From: Acidobacteriota bacterium
Lineage (GTDB): Bacteria > Acidobacteriota > UBA6911 > RPQK01 > DATIPO01
NCBI GenBank assembly: GCA_035471785.1
Contig: DATIPQ010000005.1
Location: 11,330-75,329 of the forward strand
Direction of reading: 5' to 3'
DNA length: 64,000 nt
Part shown: positions 54,657 through 64,000 of the stretch, piece after piece
How the letters are laid out: every line of letters starts with the position of its first letter
How positions within the stretch are numbered: position 1 is the stretch's first letter
Notes under the pieces: generated by a model
Seen by the model: the letters and a program-made list of their open reading frames with translations, nothing else
Told to the model about the DNA's origin: nothing
Database searches by the model: none
Made by a program: the position numbers and the translations under genes

Positions 54657-56045
54657 ATGGCGACCCAATCGCAAAAACTGCCGTCCGGATACGAGCCGCC
54701 GCCCAAGGTGATTAAACCGGGTCACGACCTGGGGACGATCAGCGACCGCTTGAGCGCCTTCGTGCTGCGCAAGAGGACGCCTCAGTGGTGGCTGGTCGGA
54801 CTCAGCATCAGCTTCATCTTCTTCATGGGCTTCATGCTGGCCGCCGGCTATCTGCTCTACTGGGGCGTCGGCGTCTGGGGCGTCAACAACCCGGTGGGAT
54901 GGGGATTCGCCATCGTCAACCTGGTCTGGTGGATCGGTATCGGCCACGCCGGAACGCTGATCTCGGCCATTCTTCTGCTCTTCCGCCAAAAGTGGCGCAC
55001 CTCCATCAGCCGCTTCGCCGAAGCCATGACGCTTTTCGCCGTGGCTTGCGCCGGACTCTTCCCCATCCTCCATACGGGACGCCCCTGGCTGGCCTACTGG
55101 CTGCTGCCCTATCCCAACACCATGCAGATGTGGCCCCAGTTCCGCTCGCCGCTGGTGTGGGACGTCTTCGCCATCTCAACCTACGGGACGGTCTCGCTGC
55201 TCTTTTGGTACGTGGGCCTGATTCCCGATCTGGGCACTTTGCGCGACCGCACCAAGAAGCGCTTCTTCCAGGTGATCTACGGATTCCTTTCCCTGGGATG
55301 GAGAGGATCGGCCAAGCATTGGCAGAACTACGAGATGGCCTACCTGCTGCTGGCCGGACTGGCCACCCCGCTGGTGCTTTCGGTGCACACCGTGGTCAGC
55401 TTCGACTTCGCCGTCTCGCTGATTCCCGGATGGCACACCACCATCTTTCCTCCCTACTTCGTAGCCGGCGCCATCTACTCGGGATTCGCCATGGTGCTGA
55501 CCCTGGCCATTCCCGTGCGCTGGTTCTGCAAGATGGAGGACTTCATCACCATGCGCCACCTGCACAACATGGGCAAGGTGATGCTGGCCACCGGACTGAT
55601 CGTGGCCTACGGATACATGATGGAAGCCTTCATGGCCTGGTATTCGGCCGCCCAGTACGAAGTCGACATGATGCGCTACCGCGTCTTCGACGGTCCTTAC
55701 GCCCATGTCTACACGATGCTGATCCTCTTCAACATCCTCATCCCGCAGTTGCTGTGGTCGAGCAAGATCCGCGCCAACGTGGTGATGCTGTGGATCCTGT
55801 CCATCGTGGTCAACGTCGGCATGTGGCTTGAACGCTACGTCATCGTCGTGACCTCTCTGGCCCGCGACTACATGCCTTCCGCCTGGGATACCTATGGAGG
55901 AACCGTTTGGGACTACATGCTCTACTTCGGAACCATCGGGTTGTTCGTCACCCTGGTCTTCCTTTTCATCCGCGTTTTGCCCTTCATCTCCATGTCGGAG
56001 ATACGCCATATGTGGAGGGAGCAGAAGCATCAGGGTGAAGCCTAG
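54657..56045 (+). CDS. actC: ACIII subunit ActC (NrfD/PsrC-like polytopic membrane quinol-interacting subunit)
   Basis: ~10 TM NrfD-like profile, operon position. Confidence 0.85.
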   Translation: MATQSQKLPSGYEPPPKVIKPGHDLGTISDRLSAFVLRKRTPQWWLVGLSISFIFFMGFMLAAGYLLYWGVGVWGVNNPVGWGFAIVNLVWWIGIGHAGTLISAILLLFRQKWRTSISRFAEAMTLFAVACAGLFPILHTGRPWLAYWLLPYPNTMQMWPQFRSPLVWDVFAISTYGTVSLLFWYVGLIPDLGTLRDRTKKRFFQVIYGFLSLGWRGSAKHWQNYEMAYLLLAGLATPLVLSVHTVVSFDFAVSLIPGWHTTIFPPYFVAGAIYSGFAMVLTLAIPVRWFCKMEDFITMRHLHNMGKVMLATGLIVAYGYMMEAFMAWYSAAQYEVDMMRYRVFDGPYAHVYTMLILFNILIPQLLWSSKIRANVVMLWILSIVVNVGMWLERYVIVVTSLARDYMPSAWDTYGGTVWDYMLYFGTIGLFVTLVFLFIRVLPFISMSEIRHMWREQKHQGEA

Positions 56046-56056
56046 GAAACGAGAAG

Positions 56057-56605
56057 ATGCAAGCTAAAACCCAGCAGACAGAGCTTTTCGGACTGATGGC
56101 CGAGTTCAAGGACGCCGAGTCCATCATTGCCGCGGCCGAGAAAGTTCGCCGGCAAGGATACCGCAAGGTGGAAGGCTACTCGCCCATGCCGGTCGAGGAA
56201 CTCGATCACGCTTTGGGCCACTCCAAGAGCCACGTGCCCAAGCTGGTCTTTCTGGGCGGGCTGCTGGGATGCGCCACGGGAATCGGCATGCAGTACTGGA
56301 TCTCGGCCGTCGACTACCCGCTCAATGTCGGGGGACGCCCGCTGGCCTCCTGGGTCTCCTTCATTCCGGTGACCTTCGAGTTGACCATTCTCTTCGCCGC
56401 CTTCGCCGCGGTGATAGGGATGATCGCTCTCAACGGACTGCCTTCGCCCTACCATCCGGTCTTCAACGTGCGCCGCTTCCAGTACGCCAGCCGAGACCGC
56501 TTCTTTCTGGTGGTGGAGTCGGCCGACGCCCGCTTCGACCGAGTTGAAACCAGACGATTTCTTGAGACCTTGAATCCCACGGGAGTGCATGACGTTGAGC
56601 CCTAG
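56057..56605 (+). CDS. actD: ACIII subunit ActD
   Basis: DUF3341-like sequence, operon position. Confidence 0.7.
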   Translation: MQAKTQQTELFGLMAEFKDAESIIAAAEKVRRQGYRKVEGYSPMPVEELDHALGHSKSHVPKLVFLGGLLGCATGIGMQYWISAVDYPLNVGGRPLASWVSFIPVTFELTILFAAFAAVIGMIALNGLPSPYHPVFNVRRFQYASRDRFFLVVESADARFDRVETRRFLETLNPTGVHDVEP

Positions 56606-57191
56606 AACGACCAAGCCAACTGCTTTGCGGCTCTTTGCGACCCTTCTGCTGCTGCTGGCGGCCGGGGAGGGCTGCCGTCTGGACATGCACGACGCGCCCA
56701 AGTACGAGCCGCTGGAGCAGTCAGACTTCTTCGCCGACCGCCAGGCCTCGCGTCCGCTGGTGCAGGGTACGGTAGCCCGCGGTTATCTGCGCCAGGACAA
56801 GCTGCTCTACACAGGCAAGATCGACGGCGACTTTGCGCCCCTCTTCCCCTTCCCGATCACCGAGGAGATCCTGCTGCGCGGACAGGAGCGCTACAACATC
56901 TACTGCTCGCCTTGCCATGGGCGGACCGGCAACGGCCGCGGGATGATCGTGCAGAGAGGCCTCAAGCAGCCCGAGAGCTACCATTCCCAGCGTTTGCTGG
57001 AGATGCCTCCGGGTTACTACTACGACGTCATCACCAACGGATTCGGCGTGATGTACTCCTATGCTTCGCGCATCAAGCCCGAAGAACGCTGGGCCATCGC
57101 GGCTTACATCCGGGCCCTGCAGTACAGCCAAGCGGCGCCGCTTGAAGATCTGCCCCAAGAAGACCGCCAGAGACTGAGGGAACTGCAATGA
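56589..57191 (+). CDS. actE: ACIII subunit ActE (monohaem cytochrome c, lipoprotein-like N-terminus)
   Basis: Single CSPCH motif. Confidence 0.75.
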   Translation: MTLSPRTTKPTALRLFATLLLLLAAGEGCRLDMHDAPKYEPLEQSDFFADRQASRPLVQGTVARGYLRQDKLLYTGKIDGDFAPLFPFPITEEILLRGQERYNIYCSPCHGRTGNGRGMIVQRGLKQPESYHSQRLLEMPPGYYYDVITNGFGVMYSYASRIKPEERWAIAAYIRALQYSQAAPLEDLPQEDRQRLRELQ

Positions 57192-58405
57192 ACGAGTCCG
57201 CAAATATCGGCCCGCGTCTGGAGAGCCTGCAGAGCGCCGCACTGGGAGTGGGGGCGCTGGCCGCCGTGCTGTCGATCGGGGCTGCCTTTATGGACTTCGA
57301 GGCCTTTTCCAAGTCCTACCTGCTGGCCTTCGTCTTCTGGATCGGGCTGCCGCTGAGCTGCCTGGCCTTGTTCATGCTCCACAATCTGGTGGGCGGACGC
57401 TGGAGCTTCTTCGTGCGGCGGCAGTTGGAAGCCGGGAGCCGCACGCTGCCCGTTTTCGTGCTCTTCTTCATCCCGGTGGGGCTGGCCGTCTCGGGAACCC
57501 ACCTCTATGAATGGCCCCACTATCAGGTGGGAAGCGGAGACGCCATCCTCGACCATAAGGCGGCCTATCTCAACCAGACCTTTTTCTACCTGCGCACAGC
57601 CCTCTTCTTCGCCATTTGGATCGGCTTGGCGCTGATGCTCAACAAGTGGTCGGCCCAGCAAGACCGCGGCGGCAACGGATCGCTGGTCAAGCGCATGAAC
57701 TTCGTCAGCGGACCCGGAATCGTCATCTACTTCCTGACGGTGACGCTCTTCTCGGTCGACCTGCTGATGTCGCTTGATCCGCACTGGTTTTCGACCATCT
57801 ACGCCCTCATCTACATCATCGGGCAGGCCCTTCTGACCCTATGCTTCCTGGTGCTGATCTCGCGCCGCCTGGCTGAGCGCGAGCCGCTCAAGACGGTGGC
57901 TTCGTCCGATCGCTTTCACGAACTGGGCAATTTCATGCTGGCCTTCGTGATGCTGTGGGCCTACCTCTCGGTTTCACAGTTGCTGATCATCTGGTCGGCC
58001 AACCTGCCGGAAGTCAATCCCTGGTACGTGACCCGCTTTCAGGATCCCTGGGCCCTGATGGGCTTCGCCATCCTCCTCCTCCATTTCGCAGTGCCTTTTC
58101 TGCTGTTGCTGTGGAGGACCACGAAGCGGCACCCCAACCTGCTGCGAAACGTGGCCCTCGGACTCATCGTCATGCGTCTGGCGGAGCTCTTCTGGATCAT
58201 CAAGCCCAGCATAGATCCGGCCGCCCAAACCAGTTTCGCGCCCCTCAACCTGGCAATGGACCTGATCACCTGGCTGGCGCTGGGCGGCCTCTGGATCTTC
58301 CTCTTTTTGGGACAGTTAAAGAAGCGGGCCCTGCTGCCCGTCAACGATCCGCGGCTGCCTCATGAGTTCGTCGAGAAGCTGTCCGCCGAAGAAGCCGGAG
58401 CCTAG
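57188..58405 (+). CDS. actF: ACIII subunit ActF (second NrfD-like membrane subunit)
   Basis: Polytopic membrane protein paralogous to ActC, operon position. Confidence 0.8.
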   Translation: MNESANIGPRLESLQSAALGVGALAAVLSIGAAFMDFEAFSKSYLLAFVFWIGLPLSCLALFMLHNLVGGRWSFFVRRQLEAGSRTLPVFVLFFIPVGLAVSGTHLYEWPHYQVGSGDAILDHKAAYLNQTFFYLRTALFFAIWIGLALMLNKWSAQQDRGGNGSLVKRMNFVSGPGIVIYFLTVTLFSVDLLMSLDPHWFSTIYALIYIIGQALLTLCFLVLISRRLAEREPLKTVASSDRFHELGNFMLAFVMLWAYLSVSQLLIIWSANLPEVNPWYVTRFQDPWALMGFAILLLHFAVPFLLLLWRTTKRHPNLLRNVALGLIVMRLAELFWIIKPSIDPAAQTSFAPLNLAMDLITWLALGGLWIFLFLGQLKKRALLPVNDPRLPHEFVEKLSAEEAGA

Positions 58406-58414
58406 GAGAAAACG

Positions 58415-58849
58415 ATGGCTCGACAACATCCCAAACATGACCACGAACGCAGCGATACCCCCCTGCGTCCGCTTATGATATTCGGAGGCGCTCTGTTGGC
58501 TGTCACGGTAGCCGCCATGCTGGCCATGTGGGGACTGTTCCACTACCTGCAGGACAAGACGGTAGACACCTATCCTCAGCCCTCGCCCCTGGCCGAGACT
58601 TTCGAGAGGCCGGCGGCGCCCCTGCTGCAAGCCGATCCGCCGCGCGAGCTCGAAATGCTGCGCCGCCAGGAAGACGCCATCCTCAAGACCTACGGCTGGG
58701 TCGACACGGTCAACAACGTCGTGCGCATCCCCATCGAACGGGCCATCCAGGTGGTGGCCGAAAAGAAATTGCTGCCCCACCGCCCGCAGCAGCAGCCCGC
58801 AGTGGCCGCGCCCCGGCCGACGGAGGAGGAATCGGATCAGAACCCTTAG
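58415..58849 (+). CDS. Small membrane-anchored hypothetical protein (possible ActG-like accessory subunit)
   Basis: Single TM (LMIFGGALLAVTVAAMLAMWGLF) then soluble domain; 10 bp after actF. Confidence 0.4.
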   Translation: MARQHPKHDHERSDTPLRPLMIFGGALLAVTVAAMLAMWGLFHYLQDKTVDTYPQPSPLAETFERPAAPLLQADPPRELEMLRRQEDAILKTYGWVDTVNNVVRIPIERAIQVVAEKKLLPHRPQQQPAVAAPRPTEEESDQNP

Positions 58850-58914
58850 ATTGGCCGGCTGAGTTGGTTTGGTTGGCGGCAGAGGACGTGCGAATCTAGT
58901 GAACGCGACTTGAT

Positions 58915-59757
58915 ATGAAGGACCTTAAACCATTACGGACCGCAGTTGCGGCGCTGGCTCTCTTGGCGGGACTGACGGCCACGACCTGGGCCCAGATGCC
59001 CAATTCTGAAACGCCCCCTGAAAAGCGCCAAGGGGTGGGGATCGATCAGAATCTGGATGCGGCTCTGCCTCTTGATCTTGAGTTCGTCGACGAAGAAGGC
59101 CGCCCCGTCAAGCTGGGAGCCTACTTCCGCCAAAAGCCGGTCATCCTGGCCATGGTCTATTACGAATGTCCCATGCTCTGCACGCTGGTGCTCAACGGTC
59201 TGCTGCGGGGGTTGAGCCCTCTGCAGTTCAGCGCCGGAGAGGAATTCGACGTGGTGGCCGTAAGCATCGACCCCGGCGAAACCGCCGCGTTGGCCAAAGC
59301 CAAGAGGGCCGAGTACGTGAAGCTCTATGACCGCGAGTCGGGAGGCAGGGGCTGGCACTTCTTGACGGGCGACGAAGAGAACATCCGCAAGCTGGCGGAG
59401 GTGGTGGGCTTCAACTACCGCTACGATAGCGAGACCGACCTCTACATTCATGCCAGCGGCCTCATGATGGCGACTCCTGAGGGGCGGCTGTCCCGCTATT
59501 TTTATGGAATCGAGTATCCGCCCCGCGACCTGCGCCTGGCCTTGGTGGAATCGTCCCAGGGTAAGATCGGCAGCCCGGTGGATCAGTTGTTGCTCTATTG
59601 CTTCAGCTACGATCCCACGCTGGGCAAGTACACCATGGTGGTCATGAACGTGCTCCGGCTGGGTGGCATTTTGACCATTCTGGCGGTGGCCGCCTTCATC
59701 ATCGTCAGCTATCGCCGCGACCGGCGCCGCCACAACGCGGAGGCCGCTGCCGGATGA
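58915..59757 (+). CDS. sco1: SCO1/SenC copper chaperone (CuA assembly)
   Basis: Thioredoxin-like with CPMLC (CxxxC) motif, N-terminal signal/anchor. Confidence 0.85.
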   Translation: MKDLKPLRTAVAALALLAGLTATTWAQMPNSETPPEKRQGVGIDQNLDAALPLDLEFVDEEGRPVKLGAYFRQKPVILAMVYYECPMLCTLVLNGLLRGLSPLQFSAGEEFDVVAVSIDPGETAALAKAKRAEYVKLYDRESGGRGWHFLTGDEENIRKLAEVVGFNYRYDSETDLYIHASGLMMATPEGRLSRYFYGIEYPPRDLRLALVESSQGKIGSPVDQLLLYCFSYDPTLGKYTMVVMNVLRLGGILTILAVAAFIIVSYRRDRRRHNAEAAAG

Positions 59758-59841
59758 CGCATATGAGAACAGGGCTCTCGAAGCCCCAGGAGTTCAAGGG
59801 CCGGATGCTCTCGCTCCTCGAGAAGCTCTTAGCGAGGAACA

Positions 59842-60792
59842 ATGTCTGAATTCAGTTTTATTCCTGAAAGCGCCTCGACTTTCGCAGCGCAGGTCGACGC
59901 CTTGTTTTGGCTGCTGGTGGCGGTCACGGCCTTCTTCACCACGGTCATCTCGGCCGCCGTGCTCTACTTTGCCATCAAGTACCGCCGCTCCAAGTCGCCG
60001 GTGGCCGAGCCGGCCCGCAGCACCTTGGCCCTCGAAGTGACCTGGTCGGTGATCCCGCTGTGCATCGCCCTCTTCATCTTCGCCTGGGGAGCCGACGTCT
60101 TCATGCACATGAACACGCCCCCGGCCGAGACCCTCGATATCTACGTCACCGGCAAGCAATGGATGTGGAAGATCCAGCATCCGGAAGGCAAGCGCGAGAT
60201 CAACGACCTGCATATTCCCGTGGGCACCCCGGTCAAGCTCACCATGACCTCGGAAGACACCATCCACAGTTTCTTCATCCCGGCCTTCCGCACCAAGATG
60301 GACGTGCTGCCGGGGCGCTACACAACCCAATGGTTCCAGGCCACCCGGACGGGCGAATACCATCTCTTCTGCACCGAATACTGCGGGACCAAGCACTCCG
60401 AGATGATCGGCACCGTCTACGTGATGGAGCCCGAGGCCTACGATGCCTGGGTGGCTGGAGGAGTGGCCGGCCTGACCGCCGCCGAGGCCGGCGAGCAGCT
60501 CTTTCAGGGACTGGGCTGCGCCACCTGCCACAGTCCCCAGTCAGGCGCCCGCGGCCCTCACCTGCTGGGCAAGTACGGTACCGAACAAGCCCTGGAAGGC
60601 GGCCGCACGGCTCTCTTCGATGAGGAATATACACGCGAAAGCATCCTCAATCCGCGCGCCAAGGTAGTCAGCGGCTATCAGCCCGTCATGCCCAGCTTCC
60701 AAGGTCAAATCAGCGAAGAAAACCTCTTGCGCTTGATCGCTTACATCAAGTCCATCGGAGCTGACACGGCTTCGGGGGAGGAAACCGAATAA
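59842..60792 (+). CDS. coxB: Cytochrome c oxidase subunit II, caa3-type (CuA domain fused to C-terminal cytochrome c)
   Basis: CuA ligands H…[12 protein letters not shown]; C-terminal CATCH haem c site. Confidence 0.9.
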   Translation: MSEFSFIPESASTFAAQVDALFWLLVAVTAFFTTVISAAVLYFAIKYRRSKSPVAEPARSTLALEVTWSVIPLCIALFIFAWGADVFMHMNTPPAETLDIYVTGKQWMWKIQHPEGKREINDLHIPVGTPVKLTMTSEDTIHSFFIPAFRTKMDVLPGRYTTQWFQATRTGEYHLFCTEYCGTKHSEMIGTVYVMEPEAYDAWVAGGVAGLTAAEAGEQLFQGLGCATCHSPQSGARGPHLLGKYGTEQALEGGRTALFDEEYTRESILNPRAKVVSGYQPVMPSFQGQISEENLLRLIAYIKSIGADTASGEETE

Positions 60793-62480
60793 TGAGCAGC
60801 ACCTCAGTGGACCAGGGCGCGGTGCTGGAGCGTCCGCCCCGCGGCAGCAAGCCCTTGAATTATCTCAATATCAGCCACGGACTCAGGTCCTGGCTGTTGA
60901 CCGTCGACCACAAGCGCATCGGCATTCTCTATCTCATCTCCGTCACGCTTTTCTTCTTCCTGGGAGGCGCCATGGCGGTGGGCATCCGCCTGGAGCTGGC
61001 CTCGCCCCAAGGAGACCTGCTGGCGGCCGAGACCTACAACAAGCTCTTCACCATGCACGGCGTGGTGATGGTCTTTTTCTTTCTCATCCCCAGCATTCCG
61101 GCAGTTTTCGGCAACTTCCTGGTGCCGATGATGATCGGCGCCCGCGACGTGGCCTTTCCCAAGCTCAACCTCCTGAGCTGGTACGTCTTCATAACCGGCG
61201 GCACACTGACGCTCATCGCCATGGTGGCGGGAGGCGTCGATACGGGATGGACCTTCTACGCTCCTTACAGCACGACCTACGCCAACGGATGGGTGGTGCT
61301 GACCGGGGTCGGCATTTTCATCACCGGGTTTTCATCCATCCTCACCGGACTCAATTTCATCGTCACCATCCACAAGATGCGGGCGCCCGGATTGACCTGG
61401 TTCAAGCTGCCCCTCTTCATCTGGTCCCACTACGCCACCGCGCTGATCATGATTCTGGGGACGCCGGTCATCGCCATCACCGTTTTGCTGGTGGCGGTGG
61501 AAAGGCTCTTCCGCATCGGCATCTTCGATCCGGCCTTGGGCGGCGACCCGGTGCTCTTTCAGCACCTCTTCTGGTTCTACTCCCACCCGGCCGTCTACAT
61601 CATGATCCTGCCCTCCATGGGAGTGATGAGCGAACTGGTGACCTGCTTCTCGCGCAAGCGCGTCTTCGGCTACAAGTTCATCGCCTTCTCCAGCCTGGCT
61701 ATCGCCGTCCTGGGCTTTCTGGTCTGGGGACACCACATGTTCGTGAGCAGCCAGTCCATCTACGCCGGAATGGTGTTCTCGGTGCTGAGCATGCTGGTGG
61801 CTATTCCCTCGGCCGTCAAGGCCTTCAACTGGACGGCCACCCTCTACAAGGGATCGGTTTCCTACCAGGCCCCCATGATCTACGCCTTCGGCTTCTTGGG
61901 CCTGTTTCTGATCGGGGGACTGACGGGGCTCTTCTTGTCCACGCTGGGGACCGACGTTCATCTGCACGACACCTATTTCGTGGTGGCCCACTTTCATTTC
62001 ATCATGGTGGGGGGAGCCATCATGGGTTATCTGGGAGCCATCCATTTCTGGTGGCCCAAGATGACCGGGCGCATGTATTCCGAAGGTTGGGCGCGCTTTG
62101 CCGCGCTGGTCATCTTCATCGGCTTCTACCTGACCTTCTTCCCCCAGTTCGTGGTGGGCTACCTGGGCATGCCGCGCCGCTACCACGTCTACCCCGAGGA
62201 ATTCCAGATCCTCAACGTCCTCTCCACAGCGGGAGCCTCCATCCTGGGAGCCGGATACCTGATTCCCATGGTGTATCTGATGGTTTCCCTCTTCAAGGGC
62301 AAGAAGGCTTCGCCCAATCCCTGGGACGCCAAGGGGCTGGAATGGCAGACGCCGTCGCCGCCGCCCACCGAGAACTTCCCGGTAACGCCGGTAGTGACCG
62401 AAAATCCCTACAACTATCCTGGAATGGAAGACGAAAGAGACAGGGAGGCAGACCGTGAGCACGCACCCGCAAGCGCCTGA
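60792..62480 (+). CDS. coxA: Cytochrome c oxidase subunit I
   Basis: 12-TM haem-copper oxidase core; conserved His ligands. Confidence 0.95.
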   Translation: MSSTSVDQGAVLERPPRGSKPLNYLNISHGLRSWLLTVDHKRIGILYLISVTLFFFLGGAMAVGIRLELASPQGDLLAAETYNKLFTMHGVVMVFFFLIPSIPAVFGNFLVPMMIGARDVAFPKLNLLSWYVFITGGTLTLIAMVAGGVDTGWTFYAPYSTTYANGWVVLTGVGIFITGFSSILTGLNFIVTIHKMRAPGLTWFKLPLFIWSHYATALIMILGTPVIAITVLLVAVERLFRIGIFDPALGGDPVLFQHLFWFYSHPAVYIMILPSMGVMSELVTCFSRKRVFGYKFIAFSSLAIAVLGFLVWGHHMFVSSQSIYAGMVFSVLSMLVAIPSAVKAFNWTATLYKGSVSYQAPMIYAFGFLGLFLIGGLTGLFLSTLGTDVHLHDTYFVVAHFHFIMVGGAIMGYLGAIHFWWPKMTGRMYSEGWARFAALVIFIGFYLTFFPQFVVGYLGMPRRYHVYPEEFQILNVLSTAGASILGAGYLIPMVYLMVSLFKGKKASPNPWDAKGLEWQTPSPPPTENFPVTPVVTENPYNYPGMEDERDREADREHAPASA

Positions 62481-63123
62481 GGCCGGCCACAATCCGTTCG
62501 TGGCCCATCACTTCGACGACATGGGCCAGCAGAAGGAAGCCGCGACGCTGGGCATGTGGGCCTTTCTGGTGACCGAGATCATGTTCTTCGGCGGACTCTT
62601 CGTGGGCTACGGCGTCTACCGCTTCATGTATCCCGAGGCCTTCCACTTCGGCAGCCATGAGTTGGACATTCAGTTGGGCGCCTTCAACACCGGGGTCCTC
62701 ATCGCCAGTAGCTTGACCATGGCCCTGGCGGTGCGGGCGGCCCAGACCAGCAAGAAGAAACTGCTCATCATCTTTCTGGCGGCCACCTTCGTGCTGGGCG
62801 CGATCTTTCTGGGGGTGAAGGTTGTGGAGTACTCCTCCAAGTGGGATCACCACCTGGTTCCGGGCAGCCATTTCCAACGGCCCGAGGGAGCTCCCGTACA
62901 GCTTCAGGTCTTCTTCGCCTTTTATTTCATGATGACGGGCATGCACGCCCTGCACATGATTATCGGCGCCGGCTTGATGATCTGGGTCCTCTACGGAGCC
63001 GTCAAGAACCGATATCACTCCAATTACTACGCCCCCGTGGAGATGTTCGGCCTTTACTGGCATTTTGTAGACATCGTGTGGATTTTTCTCTTTCCGCTGC
63101 TTTACTTGATAGGACGCCACTGA
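62455..63123 (+). CDS. coxC: Cytochrome c oxidase subunit III (GTG start overlapping coxA end)
   Basis: …[31 protein letters not shown]…. Confidence 0.9.
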   Translation: MSTHPQAPEAGHNPFVAHHFDDMGQQKEAATLGMWAFLVTEIMFFGGLFVGYGVYRFMYPEAFHFGSHELDIQLGAFNTGVLIASSLTMALAVRAAQTSKKKLLIIFLAATFVLGAIFLGVKVVEYSSKWDHHLVPGSHFQRPEGAPVQLQVFFAFYFMMTGMHALHMIIGAGLMIWVLYGAVKNRYHSNYYAPVEMFGLYWHFVDIVWIFLFPLLYLIGRH

Positions 63124-63124
63124 T

Positions 63125-63514
63125 ATGTCGGATCACATCACGCCCATCAGAACCTATCTGGCCATCTTCTTCGCATTGGTCGTGCTGACCGTGATCACGG
63201 TGGCGGTGGCCTTTGTCGATTTCGGCTATCTCAACGACGTGATCGCACTGGGAATCGCCATTTTCAAGGCCACGCTGGTCATCCTCTGGTTCATGCACGT
63301 CAAGTACAATACGCGTCTGACCTGGGCTTTTGTCTCGGCAGGTTTCTTCTGGCTGGTGATTTTCTTCTTGCTGACGGGTGCCGACTACGTCTCCCGCAAC
63401 TGGCAGTATCAGACCGATGGATGGGAACCGGTGGGCGATAAGGCCGCGGCAGCGGCGGCTCACGAGACCCCCGCCCAATCCGGTCAAGAGCAGGGGGCCG
63501 AAGAGGAGCACTGA
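63125..63514 (+). CDS. coxD: Cytochrome c oxidase subunit IV (prokaryotic caa3 CtaF-like)
   Basis: Small 3-TM protein directly after coxC. Confidence 0.75.
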   Translation: MSDHITPIRTYLAIFFALVVLTVITVAVAFVDFGYLNDVIALGIAIFKATLVILWFMHVKYNTRLTWAFVSAGFFWLVIFFLLTGADYVSRNWQYQTDGWEPVGDKAAAAAAHETPAQSGQEQGAEEEH

Positions 63515-63530
63515 CCGCAGACGCCCGGTC

Positions 63531-63584
63531 AAAAAAAATCCCCCGGCTGGGCCGTTTTCGGCCGGGCCGGGGGATTTCGCTTCG
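63531..63584. terminator. Bidirectional intrinsic terminator: A8-UCCCCCGGC…GCCGGGGGA-UUUCG with nested GGCCG-UUUU-CGGCC hairpin
   Basis: 9-bp GC stem flanked by A-tract upstream and T-tract downstream, between convergent coxD and minus-strand gene. Confidence 0.6.
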
Positions 63585-63621
63585 ATTCTGCTATATGGGG
63601 CTGCTTATATGGGGCGCGGGC

Positions 63622-64000
63622 TTAGCGGCGCCGCACGTTCATCAGGCGCACGAACTCCAGCCCGAATTCCTTGACTTCCAGGTTGCCCTGGTCGTCGAAC
63701 TTGAGGCGGGCCGGGTAGGCCACTTTTCCTGATCCGCGGCCTTGCTCATCCAAGGTCAGTTCGATCCAGGTGTAGGGGTACAGGTTGGTGCGTGAGGAAG
63801 AACGCAACTCGAAGATCGACCGGTCGCGGACGCCCACCAGAATGAGCTTCCTGCCCTCGTCGGTTTCGTAGGAGCGCACGATGGCGATGTCGATGCCGAC
63901 CTCGTCGGCTCGTCCCATTCGTCCTTTCTCGACTTCTTCGAGCCGGTTGAGCAGCGCGTCCTCGCCTTTTTCTTGGAGCAGGTTCTGCAGTTCCCGCAAC
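63622..64000 (-). CDS. Hypothetical protein, C-terminal part (gene continues beyond window end)
   Basis: Open frame runs to window edge. Confidence 0.35.
   Translation of the reverse strand, partial: LRELQNLLQEKGEDALLNRLEEVEKGRMGRADEVGIDIAIVRSYETDEGRKLILVGVRDRSIFELRSSSRTNLYPYTWIELTLDEQGRGSGKVAYPARLKFDDQGNLEVKEFGLEFVRLMNVRRR

Overview
High-GC (about 65%) bacterial chromosomal segment, dense in housekeeping genes, possibly Acidobacteriota-like (my guess, not verifiable here). No rRNA, tRNA, CRISPR array, IS element or integrase was found; the only toxin-antitoxin loci (mazF at the window start, vapC remnant at 42098-42319) are listed under features and findings.

Gene content by strand:
- Minus strand: rplU-rpmA-obg-nadD-rsfS and trkA-trkH.
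- Plus strand: metF, citrate synthase, cysQ-like nucleotidase, tig-clpP-clpX-lon, engB-rho, and a complete trpEGDCFBA operon with a candidate leader-peptide attenuator.
- Minus strand again: a MoeZ-like E1 with rhodanese tail plus a JAMM/Mec+ protease, era, a Memo-like gene, and hsp20 divergent from clpB.
- Further on: an ABC-2 transporter, yjbQ, an M50-CBS protease, and a TetR-TolC-HlyD-2xATPase-2xpermease exporter (YbhGFSR-like).
- At the end: a complete alternative complex III locus (actABCDEF), then sco1 and a caa3-type oxidase (coxBACD).

Accessory-looking items are:
- an intact MazF/PemK toxin at the window start whose upstream antitoxin frame is cut down to 26-39 codons;
- a VapC (PIN) C-terminal remnant abutting a hypothetical secreted protein;
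- a short dispersed intergenic repeat present in at least 3 copies;
- tandem ~80-nt repeats in the rpmA-obg spacer;
- candidate operators upstream of clpB and tetR.

I did not find a clearly novel multi-gene system.
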